From Macrostomum lignano (taxonomy: Eukaryota), in assembly GCA_002269645.1 (NCBI GenBank), contig NIVC01001463.1, forward strand, positions 62,001 to 126,000: a stretch of 64,000 nt of DNA, read 5' to 3'. The position numbers and the translations under genes are program-made. The notes beneath the pieces were generated by a model. That model ran no database searches. It was given only the letters and a program-made list of their open reading frames with translations, and was not told the origin of the DNA. Shown here piece by piece: positions 13,101 to 24,304 of this stretch. Numbering within the stretch: the stretch's first letter is position 1; each line of letters begins with the position of its first letter.

Positions 13101-16100
13101 CGTCAGCATTCGGCTTAAAGCGGGCTCGGCGGCTAACGAGTTGCACAAACGATTCTTAAACGACTGTTTCGGTCATTTGAACGATTCCGGCTCTAAAGGC
13201 ACTAGCGGCGTGCTTCGCCTATTAGAATTCTATTTGCAAACTGCCGAATCTGACTATCAGCACAAACGATTGAGGCCGTTGCACTGCGCCACCTATCCCG
13301 GCGAGGAGATGCAGCTCAGAGTCGACTGCGACAGGCCTAAACGGGCCGCTTTTCAATTGGCTGTGCACAGTCATCTAACGTTTGGCAAACTGCGCGAGGA
13401 ACTGGCTATTGCGCTTAATTGCGATTCCGCTTCTAGGTGAGGTGCTATGATATCTCTCTGTTGGATTCATGAACTCCAACCTGTCGGCTTTATCCCAATA
13501 TCACTTCCCTTTGATCTTGACCTGCCAATTCCGTGATCCCAAACCTGTCAGTCCCGTGATCCCAAACCTGTCAGTCCCGTGATCCGAAACCTGTCAGTCC
13601 CGTGATCCCAAACCTGTCAGTCCCGTGATCCCAAACCTGTCAGTCCCGTGATCCCAAACCTGTCAGTCCCGTGATCCCAAACCTGTCAGTCCCGTGATCC
13701 CAAATTTGTCAGTCCCGTGATCCCAAACCTGTCAGTCCCGTGATCCCAAACCTGTCAGTCCCGTGATCCCAAACCTGTCAGTCCCGTGATCCCAAACCTG
13801 TAAGTCCCGTGATCCCAAACCTGTCAGTCCCGTGATCCCAAACCTGTCAGTCCCGTGATCCCAAATTTGTCAGTCCCGTGATCCCAAATTTGTCAGTCCC
13901 GTGATCCCAAACCTGTCAGTCCCGTGATCCCAAACCTGTCAGTCCCATGATCCCAAACCTGTCAATCCCGTGTTCCCAAACCTGCCAAGTCCGATCCCAA
14001 ACCTGTAAATCCTGGTTAACATTCCCCATCTTGATACAGAGTCGGCCTAGCCGTAACAGTCGACGGCACCGAACGCCTACTAGGCGCTGTGCACGAATGG
14101 CGGCCTCTGTTCCTGCTCGGCCTGCGCCCAGACCCGACCCAGCCAGACAAGCCGATTGACGCCCACGCCAGACTGGCCGATGTCAAGTCTCCGTCTAGCG
14201 ACGCCTGTTCCGCTCTCGAACGGGCGCTGCCCAGCAATCTGCTGGCCGACGATTCGCGCACCTATCCGCTGTTGAAGCGCTGCCTACGACAGGTAAGTTA
14301 TTTTTAATTATATTATTATTATATAATTATTGTTATTACCTTAATTAATAAGATATTATTAGGTGTCTGGAACTCCCGTATGTCGGGGAATCCCTGATAA
14401 ATGTGCCGGGAAATCCCTGATAGTGTGTTGGGGAATCCCTGATAATGTGCCGGGGAATCTCTGATAATGTGTAAGGGAATCCCTGATGATAGGCCGAGGA
14501 ACCCCTGATGTGTAGGGGAATCCCGATAATGTGTCGGGGAATCCCGGATATTAAAAAACGCCTTTTAATAATTTCCAGGGCGTCTACGAAGCCGCTGCAG
14601 TGCTGGACCTGCTGCCCACCTGCCCCGATCCGGTGCTTGCAGACGATCTGTCCGCGGATTCGCCGCTGCTAACCTACTCTCTGCAGTGCCTGTTCTCCAT
14701 GCCCGAGTGCGCCGAGCAGCACGCGACCAGGCTGGTCCAATTGGCTCCGGAGCGGCTGACCCCGCGCCAGCTGTACCTGGTTGGCCACCTGGTATCCAAG
14801 TCTGTTAGCGCTTGCGATCCTCAGCAGCAGCGCCTTCCAGACGGATTGGCTGCCCATCTGTTGGCCTGCGCCGCGTCTCTGAGGTTTGACAGATTCATGT
14901 TTCATGATTTTTAATGGAATTTAGATCTTAAAGATCAGTAGCAATGCTTATTATGAGCATACCATCATGAGCAATCTAGGATATTAGTGTCAGCAACCCA
15001 TGAGTTTAGTGTGTCAGCAATCCCTGAGTTTTGTGTGTCAGCAATCCCTGAGTTTTGTGTGTCAGCAATCCCTGATGTTAGTGTATCAGCAATCCCTGAT
15101 GTTAGTGTATCAGCAATCCCTGAGTTTAGTGTATCAGCAATCCATGAGTTTAGTGTATCAGCAATCCCTGATGTTAGTGTGTCAGCAATCCCTGAGTTTA
15201 GTGTATCAGCAATCCCTGATGTTAGTGTGTCAGCAATCCCTGAGTTTAGTGTGTCAGCAATCCCTGAGTTTAGTGTATCAGCAATCCATGAGTTTAGTGT
15301 ATCAGCAATCCCTGATGTTAGTGTGTCAGCAATCCCTGAGTTTAGTGTATCAGCAATCCCTGATGTTAGTGTGTCAGCAATCCCTGAGTTTAGTGTGTCA
15401 GCAATCCCTGAATTTAGTGTGTCAGCAATCCCTGAGTTTAGTGTATCAGAAATCCATGAGTTTAGTGTATCAGCAATCCATGAGTTTAGTGTGTCAGCAA
15501 TCCCTGAGTTTATTGTGTCAGCAATCCCTGAGTTTAGTGTGTCAGCAATCCCTGAGTTTAGTGTATCAGCAATCCCTGATGTTAGTGTGTCAGCAATCCC
15601 TGAGTTTAGTGTATCAGCAATCCCTGATGTTAGTGTGTCAGCAATCCCTGAGTTTAGTGTGTCAGCAATCCCTGAGTTTAGTGTGTCAGCAATCCCTGAA
15701 TTTAGTGTGTCAGCAATCCCTGAGTTTAGTGTATCAGAAATCCATGAGTTTAGTGTATCAGCAATCCATGAGTTTAGTGTGTCAGCAATCCCTGAGTTTA
15801 TTGTGTCAGCAATCCCTGAGTTTAGTGTGTCAGCAATCCATGAGTTTAGTAAAGTGTCATCAATCCAGAATTTTAGTTTTCGTATTCCTTGATTGTTATT
15901 CCAATATTACTCTTCGATCGCACCCCCCGTAGAGACACCCGCGAGCCCGTCGGCCAGGCCGCCTGCGCCATCCTTCTCAACACCCTGTTCGGCTTGCCCG
16001 GCTTCCGTCCAGCTGACGTCGTTTCTCTGTCGGGCTTCCAATCCGCCCTGCTGGACCTGCTGGTTGCCTGTCCCAGTCAGCGGGTTCGCCAGACGCTCAG

Positions 16101-19100
16101 CCAGCTGCTGCTGCAGCGAGTCGCTACGCCCGACTGTCCGGAACTGGTGCCGACTCTGCACAGTCTGCTGGAGGGCCTGCCGCTGCCCTATTGGCATTCC
16201 AGCGTAACCGGGGTGCGGCAGGCCAGTCTGCATCTGCTCTGCAATTGCGCTGAGTATTTCGACTTGAGAGCGGCCCTGCTGTTGAGATCCGCTCCGCCTG
16301 CACAGGCTGAACTGGCTAAGTGAGTTAGTTATAGTGGCTGTCTGTCTGTGTGTCTGTCTATGTCTGTCTGTCTGTGTGTCTGTCTATGTCTGTCTGTCTG
16401 TCTGTCTTAGTGTCTATCTGTCTGTCTGTGTGTCTGTCTATGTCTGTCTGTCTGTGTGTCTGTCTATGTCTGTCTGTCTTTCTGTCTGTCTGCTGTCTGT
16501 CTGTCTGTCTTTTAGTGTATGTGTGTCTGTGTGTCTGTCTGTCTGTCTGTAGTCTGTCTGTCTGTCTTTCTGTCTGTCTGCTGTCTGTCTGTTTGTCTTA
16601 GTGTATGTGTGTCCATCTGTCTGTCTGTCTGTCTTTTAGTGTATGTGTGTCTGTCTGTCTGTCTGTCTGTCGCTGTCTGTCTGTCTTTCTGTCTGTCTGC
16701 TGTCTGTCTGTCTTTATGTCTGTCTGCTGTCTGTCTGTCTGTCTTTTAGTGTATGTGTGTCTGTCTGTCTGTCGTCTGTCTGTCTGTCTGTCTTTCTGTC
16801 TGTCTGTCTGTCTGCTGTCTGTCTGTCTGTCTTAGTGTATGTGTGTCTGTCTGTCTGTCTTGTCTGTGTGTCTCTTTTTTCTTTAGACGCAGGGGTTGTG
16901 TGCACCCTGGCGCAATTTAGGCGACATTGTCACACAACCGGCGAGAGGCATTACTTACTGCCCATTCCACAGACTCGTACGCAGTCTTAAGCACAGGCAC
17001 ACACTCACACAGGAGTGTACAGCGGCCCCAACTTTATTTACCAGGTATCGTTATTCATGTACACTTCACTGTGCTTTGGGGATTTGGCCTCAAGGCCGTT
17101 AATTTTACGAGAAAAACCCAAGTCGAGATTCCAATTCAGCCCCAAATTTATTTGACTGCACTTGGAATCGAGCCTGGGCCGCTGGCATGTCAGAGCGCCG
17201 CGCTAGACCACTGGGCTCCCCTTAAACTGTGTGTCTGTCCTCCTGTTTGTCTGTCGGACTGTTTATTTCATTTTGCTTTTTATTTTTTCTTTCTGATTAT
17301 CTAAACTCGCGCGCCAACTGCACTACTCACTCAGGCGAGTAGCCAGCGTGGAGCAGGACTGGCTAACCGGTTTTCAGCTAAGCCAGACAGCGGCCTGCCA
17401 GTGCCAGCAGGAGGAGGACGCCCTGCTAGCCGGTCACCTGCGCCTGCTGGCAGCGGCCTGGCAGGCGGATCCGCCCGACCCTTCGGCCGGCGAGCGGCTG
17501 CTGCCTCAGCTGATTGGCGCCTTCCTGATGCCGGCCGACTCGCACTGCCGTGCCGGGCCGCTGTCCCGGCCAGCCATCTACGACCTGCTATTGCAGCTGT
17601 GCGCCAACAATTGCCGATGCCTTCGAGCGCTTAGCTTGGCCCTGCGGCCGCTGCACCGAATTCACGGCTGGGAGGTGCCGGCGCCGCCCGAACCGCGCGG
17701 TCAATGCGGTTTAGTTGGCCTAAAAAATGGCGGCGCCACCTGCTATATGAATTCGGTGCTGCAACAGCTGTTTATGGTGCCAGGCCTGGCAGCTGCTGTA
17801 CTGTCAACGCCGGATCCTACTGCGACTGCTGGCGACGAGCAGAACACTGCGACGGCGGCAACGACTGTCGCTACCGCCGCCTCTGGCAGCTCCGTTGACG
17901 GCGGAGGCAGCAGCGAATCGGGCGACGGTGCCCTCTACCAGCTGCAGCTGGTGCTGGCGCACCTGTTGGAGCTGCAGCAGCAGTACTACGTGCCAGATCA
18001 ATTGTGGGCCAATTTCTCACTGTGGGGCGAGAAAGTCAATCCGAGAGAGCAGCAGGACGCGTTCGCGTTCTTTCAGGTACATCCTTGCGAATCGCCTTTA
18101 AATATGCTGCACCTACATAGCCCCACAAGAATTGCCCTGCATAGCCCCACAAGAATTGCCCTGCATAGCCCCACAAGAATTGCCCTGCATAGCCCCACAA
18201 GAATTGCCCTGCATAGCCCCACAAGAATTGCCCTGCATAGCCCCACAAGAATTGCCCTGCATAGCCCCACAAGAATCGCCTCCATAGCCCCACAAGAATC
18301 GCCTCCATAGCCCCCCACAAGAATCGCCTCCATAGCCCCCCACAAGAATCGCCTCCATAGCCCCCCACAAGAATCGCCTCCATAGCCCCACAAGAATCGC
18401 TCCTATCTTCGCTAATCGTCCCGAACCCCCAACAACCCAACAGGCGCTGATTGACCAAACAGACGAGCAGGCTAAGCGCCCCCTACTAAGCGCCTTCTTT
18501 CGCGGCCGATTCAAGCACCTGATCGAGAGCGAACAGTGCGAGCATCGCTGCGAACTTGAAGAAGATTTCTACGGCCTGCATCTGCCAGTTCAATCCGGCA
18601 GTCTGGAAGCCGCTCTGCACGCTTTTGTACGCGGAGAAACGATGCAAGCTGATAACGCCTATTCGTGCGAACGCTGCGGCAATCGGAAGGTCACAGCGCT
18701 CAGGCGAACTAGAATAGCCAGCCTGCCTCCGGTGCTGTGCTTTCATTTGAAACGATTCGACTACGATTGGCTGCGCGGCCAGCCGCTGAAATCCGATTTA
18801 TATTTTAGCTTTCCTAGGCAAGTGGAATTGGGGCCTTTTATGGCTAGCGCTGCTGGCGCGTCGAGCGGCGACAGCGCCTCAGACGGGCCGCAACAGCAGC
18901 AGCAGAAAGAGCAGGAGATGCAGGAGCAGCAGCAGCCGTCTAACTACAATTTAGTTGGTGTTGTTATTCATTCTGGCAAGGCCAGCGCTGGGCATTATTA
19001 TAGCCTAGTTCGGGAGCGTCGGCCCGGTGAGTTGGGCTAATTTTTTCAATGAGATTATCGATAAATATAGTTAATCCAATTGTGTTAACCATAAGTAGTA

Positions 19101-22100
19101 ATTTGTCCACCCAGAAAACTGGTAAATTAGTTAATCCATCTGGATTATCGATGAGTAGTTAATCCATCTGGGTTACCGATAAGTAGTTAATCCATCTGGA
19201 TTATTTATCAGTAGTTATTCCATCTGGATTATCGATGAGTAGTTAATCCTTCTGGATTATCGATAAGTAGTTAATCCTTCTGGATTATCGAGTTGTAGTT
19301 AATACATCTAGATTATCGATAAATAGTTAATCCATCTGGATTATCGACTAGTAGTTAATACATCTAGATTATCGATAAGTAGTTAATCCATCTGGATTAT
19401 CGATGAGTAGTTATTCCATCTGGATTATCGATGAGTATTTAATCCTTCTGGATTATCGATGAGTAGTTATTCTATCTGGATTATCGATGAGTAGTTAATC
19501 CTTCTGGATTATCGATAAGTAGTTAATCCTTCTGGATTATCGAGTTGTAGTTAATACATCTAGATTATCGATGAGTAGTTAATCCATCTGGATTATCGAG
19601 TTGTAGTTAATACATCTAGATTATCGATGAGTAGTTAATCCATCTGGATTATCGAGTTGTAGTTAATACATCTAGATTATCGATGAGTAGTTAATCCATC
19701 TGGATTATCGACTAGTAGTTAATGCATCTGGATTATCGAAGAGTAGTTAATCCATCTGGATTATTGATGAGTAGTTAATCCTTCTGTATTGTAGGAGTAG
19801 TTAATAATCCGTCTGATTATCATCAGTAACTGATTTATTTGGATTATTGATATGTAGTTTCCATTATGGATGTCTAAATCGTTCACTCATGAGGATTACT
19901 GATGTTTAGTGATAAACCTATAAGTAATTAATTCCCCTAGATAATCCATTTCGTTTCAATCCCGCCTGCAGGCAAGCCGGACGCCTGGTTCAAGATGAAC
20001 GACCAGACCATTGAGCAGATCGACCTCACCGACCAGCTGCTGGAATCCGAAGCCTTCGGCGGCACCTTCCAGAGCACGGAGAACTTTCTGCCGGAGGAGC
20101 GCAAGCGGTACTGGAGCGCCTATATGCTGTTTTACGAACGGGACAGCCCGTCGCAGTCGTCTCAACAGCAGTCCAGCGGTGGCACTCAGCCGCTTCTACT
20201 AGAAGATCCGGCGTCGCCGCCGCCGCCGCCACCGACGCCGAAGCAGCAGCAGAAGACGCCGATGAACAGGCGCAGCGGCGGCGGCAGCAGCTTTCGTCAT
20301 CAGCGGGACAGCATCGCCGAGTTGAGCGCCCTGGTGCAGCGAGGCGAACAGCGCGGCCTGTTCTCCGACGCTATGCCAGCGCACATTGCCGCCGCAGTGA
20401 GAGAGTCCAATCTCACCTTCTATCGGCAGACTGACCTGCTTAATGAGGCTCATTTTACCTTCATCCACCGGCTGTGCGAGTCCGTGCTGGATCGAGCAGC
20501 TCCGCCCAGCTCAGAGCAGCAGCAGGTTCAATCGGCCGCCTCATCGTCTGTTGCTTCAGCTGCCGTTGCCGCCTCGTCTCCGTCCGCTTCGGCGTCGGGC
20601 GGAGCCGGAGTTTTCACTCTGTCAGCGTCGCCGGCCACGTCGGCTCCCTTGGCTGCCGCGGCGGCGTCTTCGTCGAACTCGGAGCTGGCCGAGCAAGCCG
20701 CCGGCCTGCTGATGATGTTCCTATTCGAGGTGTTCCTGCGCACCGAGAAGCGCTTGCGCCAGCCACCGCAACTGAACGCCGCCTGGGACCGGCTGTTGAT
20801 GCGCCTGCTCACTGCCAGCCCGGCCCAGGCTAATGCCGCTTTCTTGGATTTCTTTTGCCAGGCCGGACACCTGGCTGAGCATCTCATCGTGTGCCCGATG
20901 CCTGAGCAGAGGAAAACTGTAGCCAGGCTTCTAGGTGGGACAGACTGTTATTGAACTGATTTGCAATTGCTCCTAACATGCCCTTTGAATAGCCCAATAT
21001 CATCCTCAGAGTCGCCCCTAAAATATCACTAAAAATCGTCCTTAAACTTCACTAAATATCGCCCCTAAGCCTCACTAAACATCACCCATAAGTAAGCGCC
21101 CACTAAAAATCGCTCCAAACCTCACTAAAAATCGTCCTTAAACTTCACTAAATATCGCCCCTAAGCCTCACTAAACATCACCCATAAGTAAGCGCCCACT
21201 AAAAATCGCTCCAAACCTCACTAAAAATCGCCTATAGATGTAACTAACGATCGCCCTTAAGCCTCACTTAAAATCGCCTATAGATGTAACTAACAATCGC
21301 CCCTAAGCCTCACTAAAAATCGCCTATAGATGTAACTACAGATCGCCCCTAAACCTTACTAAAATCGCCCCTAAAACCTCAAAAATTACCCCTAAAACCT
21401 AAAAACCGCCCCTAAACCTCCCTCCGCTCCGCAGGCGAGTCGCTTGACCTTCAAGTTCGCGCCAATCAAATCGGCGCTCCTCAGCTGCAGCAGTTCGTGG
21501 ATCACCTGCTCCATCAGTTGGGCACCGCGGCCAGCCATCTGGGCCAGTGCGGCGCCTTCTTTCAACTGCTCTGCGGCTTCGTTGACGAGCACCGACTGCG
21601 CGCCTGCTCAGTGCTGTACAGCCGGGATGCATTCGGCCGTCTGGCCGAGTTTCTGTTTCCAGAACAGCCGGACAGTCTCAAGCCGTTGAGCGCGCCCAGC
21701 TATCGAGAATTGGCTCCGCTGTATCGCCTGCTGTGCGCCCTGCCAACTTATTGCAGTTTCGCCCAGCAGCAACAGCAGCAGACTCTGCTACGCCTGTCGC
21801 CTAGTATGGAACGCTGGTTGCTAAGCGACTCGGAACGGAGCGCCGCCCTACTTGGCCAGCTGTGCGCCGCCGTGTGCGCCGATTCTGCCGGCCTCCTGCC
21901 AGCGATGAGCGGCCTGCTGCGGCACGCCTGCAATGCTAATATAATAGCCTCGCGCAATATGACTACCGCACTGCTAGCCCAGCTGGCTCACACGGCTGTT
22001 AACGAGCTGAGACCGCTGCTAGACCTGATGAAGGAGCTGTTCCTGATTCGCGACCAGCTGCAGTCCGACCGGCTCCGTCTGCTGCTCTACGGCGTTGAAA

Positions 22101-22722
22101 ATGTCGACGACACCGTCGTGTCCGACGGCGGCCTGCTCGGCTTGATCAGCTCCGGTGCTCACCTCGACCCCAGGCGGGCCTATCGCTGCGTTAAACTGCT
22201 AGTAGAGGCCAGCTCTCAGTGTCCGGACGTCCGAGAACGGATGCTAGACTGTCCGGACAGGTGGGCAGAGGGCTTAACGGTAGACTCGTAGGACCCTGGT
22301 TCGATTCCGAGCGCGGCCACATTCATTTGGGGCCATGAGGGTCAACTGTACACCCTGTGTGAGCAGTGGAATGGGCAGAATCGCCTATTATTATTGTTGT
22401 AATAGTTTATTATTATTATTACTACAGGTGGGCGGAAGCGGTGGCCGGACTGCAGGGCAAGCTGGACGCTGCGGCGGCTCCCACAGCCAAATCTACTAGC
22501 AACGAGACGGCGCTTAGCGGCCGCGGATTCCAGCGGACAACGTCGGCCCAGGCCACTCTGCAGATGGCGGCCGGCCTAGTTGGCACCGAGCGGGCCGCCG
22601 CTATTGCTGCCGCCTGTCAGGAGGACCAGATCATGGCCGACAGAGACGAGGCGGACGAGGCCGAGCCGCAGCGGCGGGTCGGAGAGTCGACCAGCCCAGG
22701 CAATTCGTCGCAGACGTTTTGA
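5327..22722 (+). CDS. USP24: Ubiquitin carboxyl-terminal hydrolase 24 (USP24/USP9X/FAF family, peptidase C19), 12 exons, 2372 aa
   Basis: Exons 5327-5845, 8693-9283, 10951-12039, 12871-13436, 14040-14292, 14579-14883, 15933-16319, 17335-18076, 18444-19026, 19972-20934, 21435-22260, 22428-22722. All introns are GT-AG, phases are consistent, total 7119 nt. N-terminal UBA (LLSMGF...[14 protein letters not shown]), WSIPFK motif, Cys box [17 protein letters not shown], His box [19 protein letters not shown]-terminal SNET...[14 protein letters not shown] plus NGGATC favours USP24 over USP9X. Confidence 0.93.
5952..6776 (-). mobile_element. Non-autonomous mariner derivative with ~190-bp terminal inverted repeats, in USP24 intron 1
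   Basis: 5958-6147 and 6581-6770 are near-identical inverted copies. The right end reads TA-CGAGGGGCGTCCGGAAAG on the minus strand (TA at 6777-6778), like irritans-type (Hsmar2-like) mariner ends. Interior 6440-6300 (-) encodes [46 protein letters not shown], a mariner transposase C-terminus. Confidence 0.72.
6825..8119 (-). mobile_element. 5'-truncated Penelope-like retroelement (RT C-terminal part + GIY-YIG endonuclease), in USP24 intron 1
   Basis: ORF 8100-7141: YKRYVDD RT motif, thumb ([15 protein letters not shown]), GIY-YIG (GVIYRFRC...[16 protein letters not shown]...LNILEALHI...LNVQ). Flanked by the 12-bp direct repeat GAAGCAGGTTAA at 6813-6824 and 8120-8131. (TC)n tract in the 3' UTR. 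Confidence 0.92.
6851..6888 (-). ncRNA. Minimal type I hammerhead ribozyme in the PLE 3' UTR/pLTR
   Basis: Minus strand UGC-CUGAAGA-U-GGCUA-GUUU-UAGCC-GAAA-CGCGUC-GCA: conserved core, 5-bp stem II, palindromic stem III (ACGCGU), GUC cleavage triplet, 3-bp stem I. Confidence 0.82.
9316..10800. repeat. 41-42-bp minisatellite, two variants (USP24 intron 2)
   Basis: Units CAGTGGTAGTTTGAAGCCTTGCAATATCAAAATCTCACCC and TTAATCGTATTTTAAAGCCTTGCTATATCAAAATCTCACCC, interspersed. Confidence 0.95.
12090..12765. repeat. 23-bp minisatellite (USP24 intron 3)
   Basis: Unit AATTAACGGATTAACAATCCCTA. Confidence 0.95.
13545..13990. repeat. 23-bp minisatellite (USP24 intron 4)
   Basis: Unit GTGATCCCAAACCTGTCAGTCCC. 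Confidence 0.95.
14375..14550. repeat. Degenerate ~22-bp minisatellite (USP24 intron 5)
   Basis: Unit approx GGGGAATCCCTGATAATGTGTC. Confidence 0.85.
14985..15850. repeat. 24-bp minisatellite (USP24 intron 6)
   Basis: Unit TCAGCAATCCCTGAGTTTAGTGTG; produces the spurious 301 and 310 aa ORFs. Confidence 0.95.
16335..16870. repeat. Degenerate (TCTG)n microsatellite (USP24 intron 7)
   Basis: TCTG/TGTC repeats with TTAGTGTATG interruptions. Confidence 0.95.
16895..17220 (-). mobile_element. tRNA-derived SINE copy A
   Basis: Minus strand begins GGGAGCCCAGTGGTCTAGCGCGG...GGCTCGATTCC (A/B-box-like), then AAATAAATTTGGGGC. Body GGGGCCGCTGTACACTCCTGTGTGAG...GTGGAATGGGCAG...GCGCCAGGGTGCA is shared with copies at 22.3, 27.0 and 62.3-62.8 kb. 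Confidence 0.7.
17335..18076 (+). CDS. USP24: USP24 exon 8 (catalytic Cys box)
   Basis: [23 protein letters not shown] ... [11 protein letters not shown]; acceptor tcag|g at 17334/17335, donor cag|gtac at 18076/18077. Confidence 0.93.
18113..18400. repeat. 23-24-bp minisatellite (USP24 intron 8)
   Basis: Unit CATAGCCCCACAAGAATTGCCCTG grading into CATAGCCCC(CC)ACAAGAATCGCCTC. Confidence 0.95.
18444..19026 (+). CDS. USP24: USP24 exon 9 (finger CxxC and His box)
   Basis: NAYSCERC...[16 protein letters not shown]...[25 protein letters not shown]. Confidence 0.93.
19125..19830. repeat. 28-bp minisatellite (USP24 intron 9)
   Basis: Unit GATTATCGATGAGTAGTTAATCCATCTG. Confidence 0.95.
21000..21425. 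repeat. Degenerate tandem repeat (USP24 intron 10)
   Basis: CCTCACTAAAAATCGCCCCTAA-like units with larger internal duplications. Confidence 0.85.
22267..22376 (+). mobile_element. tRNA-derived SINE copy B (internally deleted), filling USP24 intron 11
   Basis: GGCTTAACGGTAGAC...GGACCCTGGTTCGATTCC (B box), CACATTCATTTGGGGC, CTGTACACCCTGTGTGAG, GTGGAATGGGCAG; followed by an (ATT)n tract. Confidence 0.65.
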
Positions 22723-22857
22723 ACCCGAGCACAATGTACTTTTTTAACTGATAGCCCGCGCCATCTTGTTTTAAGCATACATAGATTACAGTTGGAAGTG
22801 CACTTTCCTGCTCTGGAGCGAGGCCTAACTTAATACTCTATTATCAAAATAACTATA

Positions 22858-22863
22858 AATAAA
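22858..22863 (+). promoter_or_regulatory. Putative USP24 polyadenylation signal
   Basis: AATAAA about 135 nt after the stop codon. Confidence 0.4.
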
Positions 22864-24304
22864 TTCGTTGATTCACAGGCAATTACGATTGTTGTTGGCC
22901 CCCAGGAAAGTCAGGTAAGTGTAGGATTAAGCACAAAATCCCACTCACTCTTTTTCAAGCCATAAGTCTGGGTGCTTCACTAAACATACATCCCCTATTT
23001 TTTTCCTAAACTCTGCTTTGTTAAGCTAATTTATCAATAAAATCAATTTAATCAATCAGGTCTTACTTGTTTTTCTGCACTCGAGAATATAATCATACTA
23101 ATGCACACTCGAATTCGCGAGCTGCGGAGCGGTTCATTAGAAAATGTTGAATAAAAATTGTTGCCTAATATATATATATATACATAAACTGCCTCCCCTG
23201 TTACCCTTGTGTTTCCATGCCCCGCATAAATTTGCATGCTGATAATACGCCGTTTGAATGCGGCTCTATTTTAAATGATCAAAAACAATATACACATGCA
23301 TACATATACATATTTTAGCCTAACATCCTTTGAAAAAAACTGTCGTTTTAATTGTGCCTTGAGATAATTACATCGTGTTAGACAGTTAAAATGCTTGTTC
23401 CTCTTTCTCTCGCCCCAAAATTGTCAGGTTACAAAGCAGTACTACTTGCATGTATCTATAGGGATGCTAATTGTGTGTTAGAATTTGTTCTTACCACTTA
23501 ATCATGTTCTGCTAAACTACTTCAGTAGTAGTGTATATACGATCAAGAAGTAGTGCTGCCATTTGCCAAAACAAGCCAATCCATATTTCCTAAACCCTAT
23601 CCATATTTCGGAAACAAAATAATTTATACCGTTCATGTCCGCTTTTTTCTACTAACTAAGTAATATAATCCAGCACATGCTGGAATGTTTTGCGTCTCCA
23701 GCTAATTTTTAAATCAAATTAACGAGTGCAGGTTGCAGTCGAAATTTTTGCCTTTTGCCTACTGTTCCCCGTGTCCCTCTCTGTCCCTTATGAAATTTCA
23801 GACAAGAAATCTAATAGTTATTTCCCCTGTTGCTTTATAGATAAATTTAAATTATTTTGCTAGCACGCCTACTTAATACTAGTAATATAAACAGCATAAA
23901 ACATTGGTTTTCCATTTTCTATTTTATTTTCTCTTCGGAAAATAAGAGAAGAAACTGCATCAAACTTGATCTTGTCAAAGCAAACAGTAATTGCCTTTGT
24001 GTCTTATTTATTTTGAAATTAATTAAAATGAAAATTTGCCTAAATTAATACTGTTGCATCCATGTGCTCTTGTTAAGCTGCTTGCTGTTTCGGACTCAAA
24101 AATTCGAGCTCGTCCGCTGTTGCTGCACTTTTTGAACGACTTGACAACAGCTGTTTCTGTCGTTGTTGACAGCCGGAATACATGCTGCCAGATAAGGATC
24201 TGTCGGAGCGGTTGGTTGGTGGCTGTTTAAGATGAAAGTCTAAGAATTAAGTTAAGAATTTAAATGCAGTAGCCAAGTTCTGATATTGATTCTGCAGCGG
24301 CTCT

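Noticed and set aside
14987-15932. 301 and 310 aa repetitive ORFs (also those at 24.3-25.7, 40.3-41.0, 41.4-42.1, 42.8-43.6, 52.0-52.6, 57.3-58.2 and 62.3-62.9 kb)
   Set aside because: All are translations of tandem repeats or microsatellites, several inside introns of reconstructed genes.
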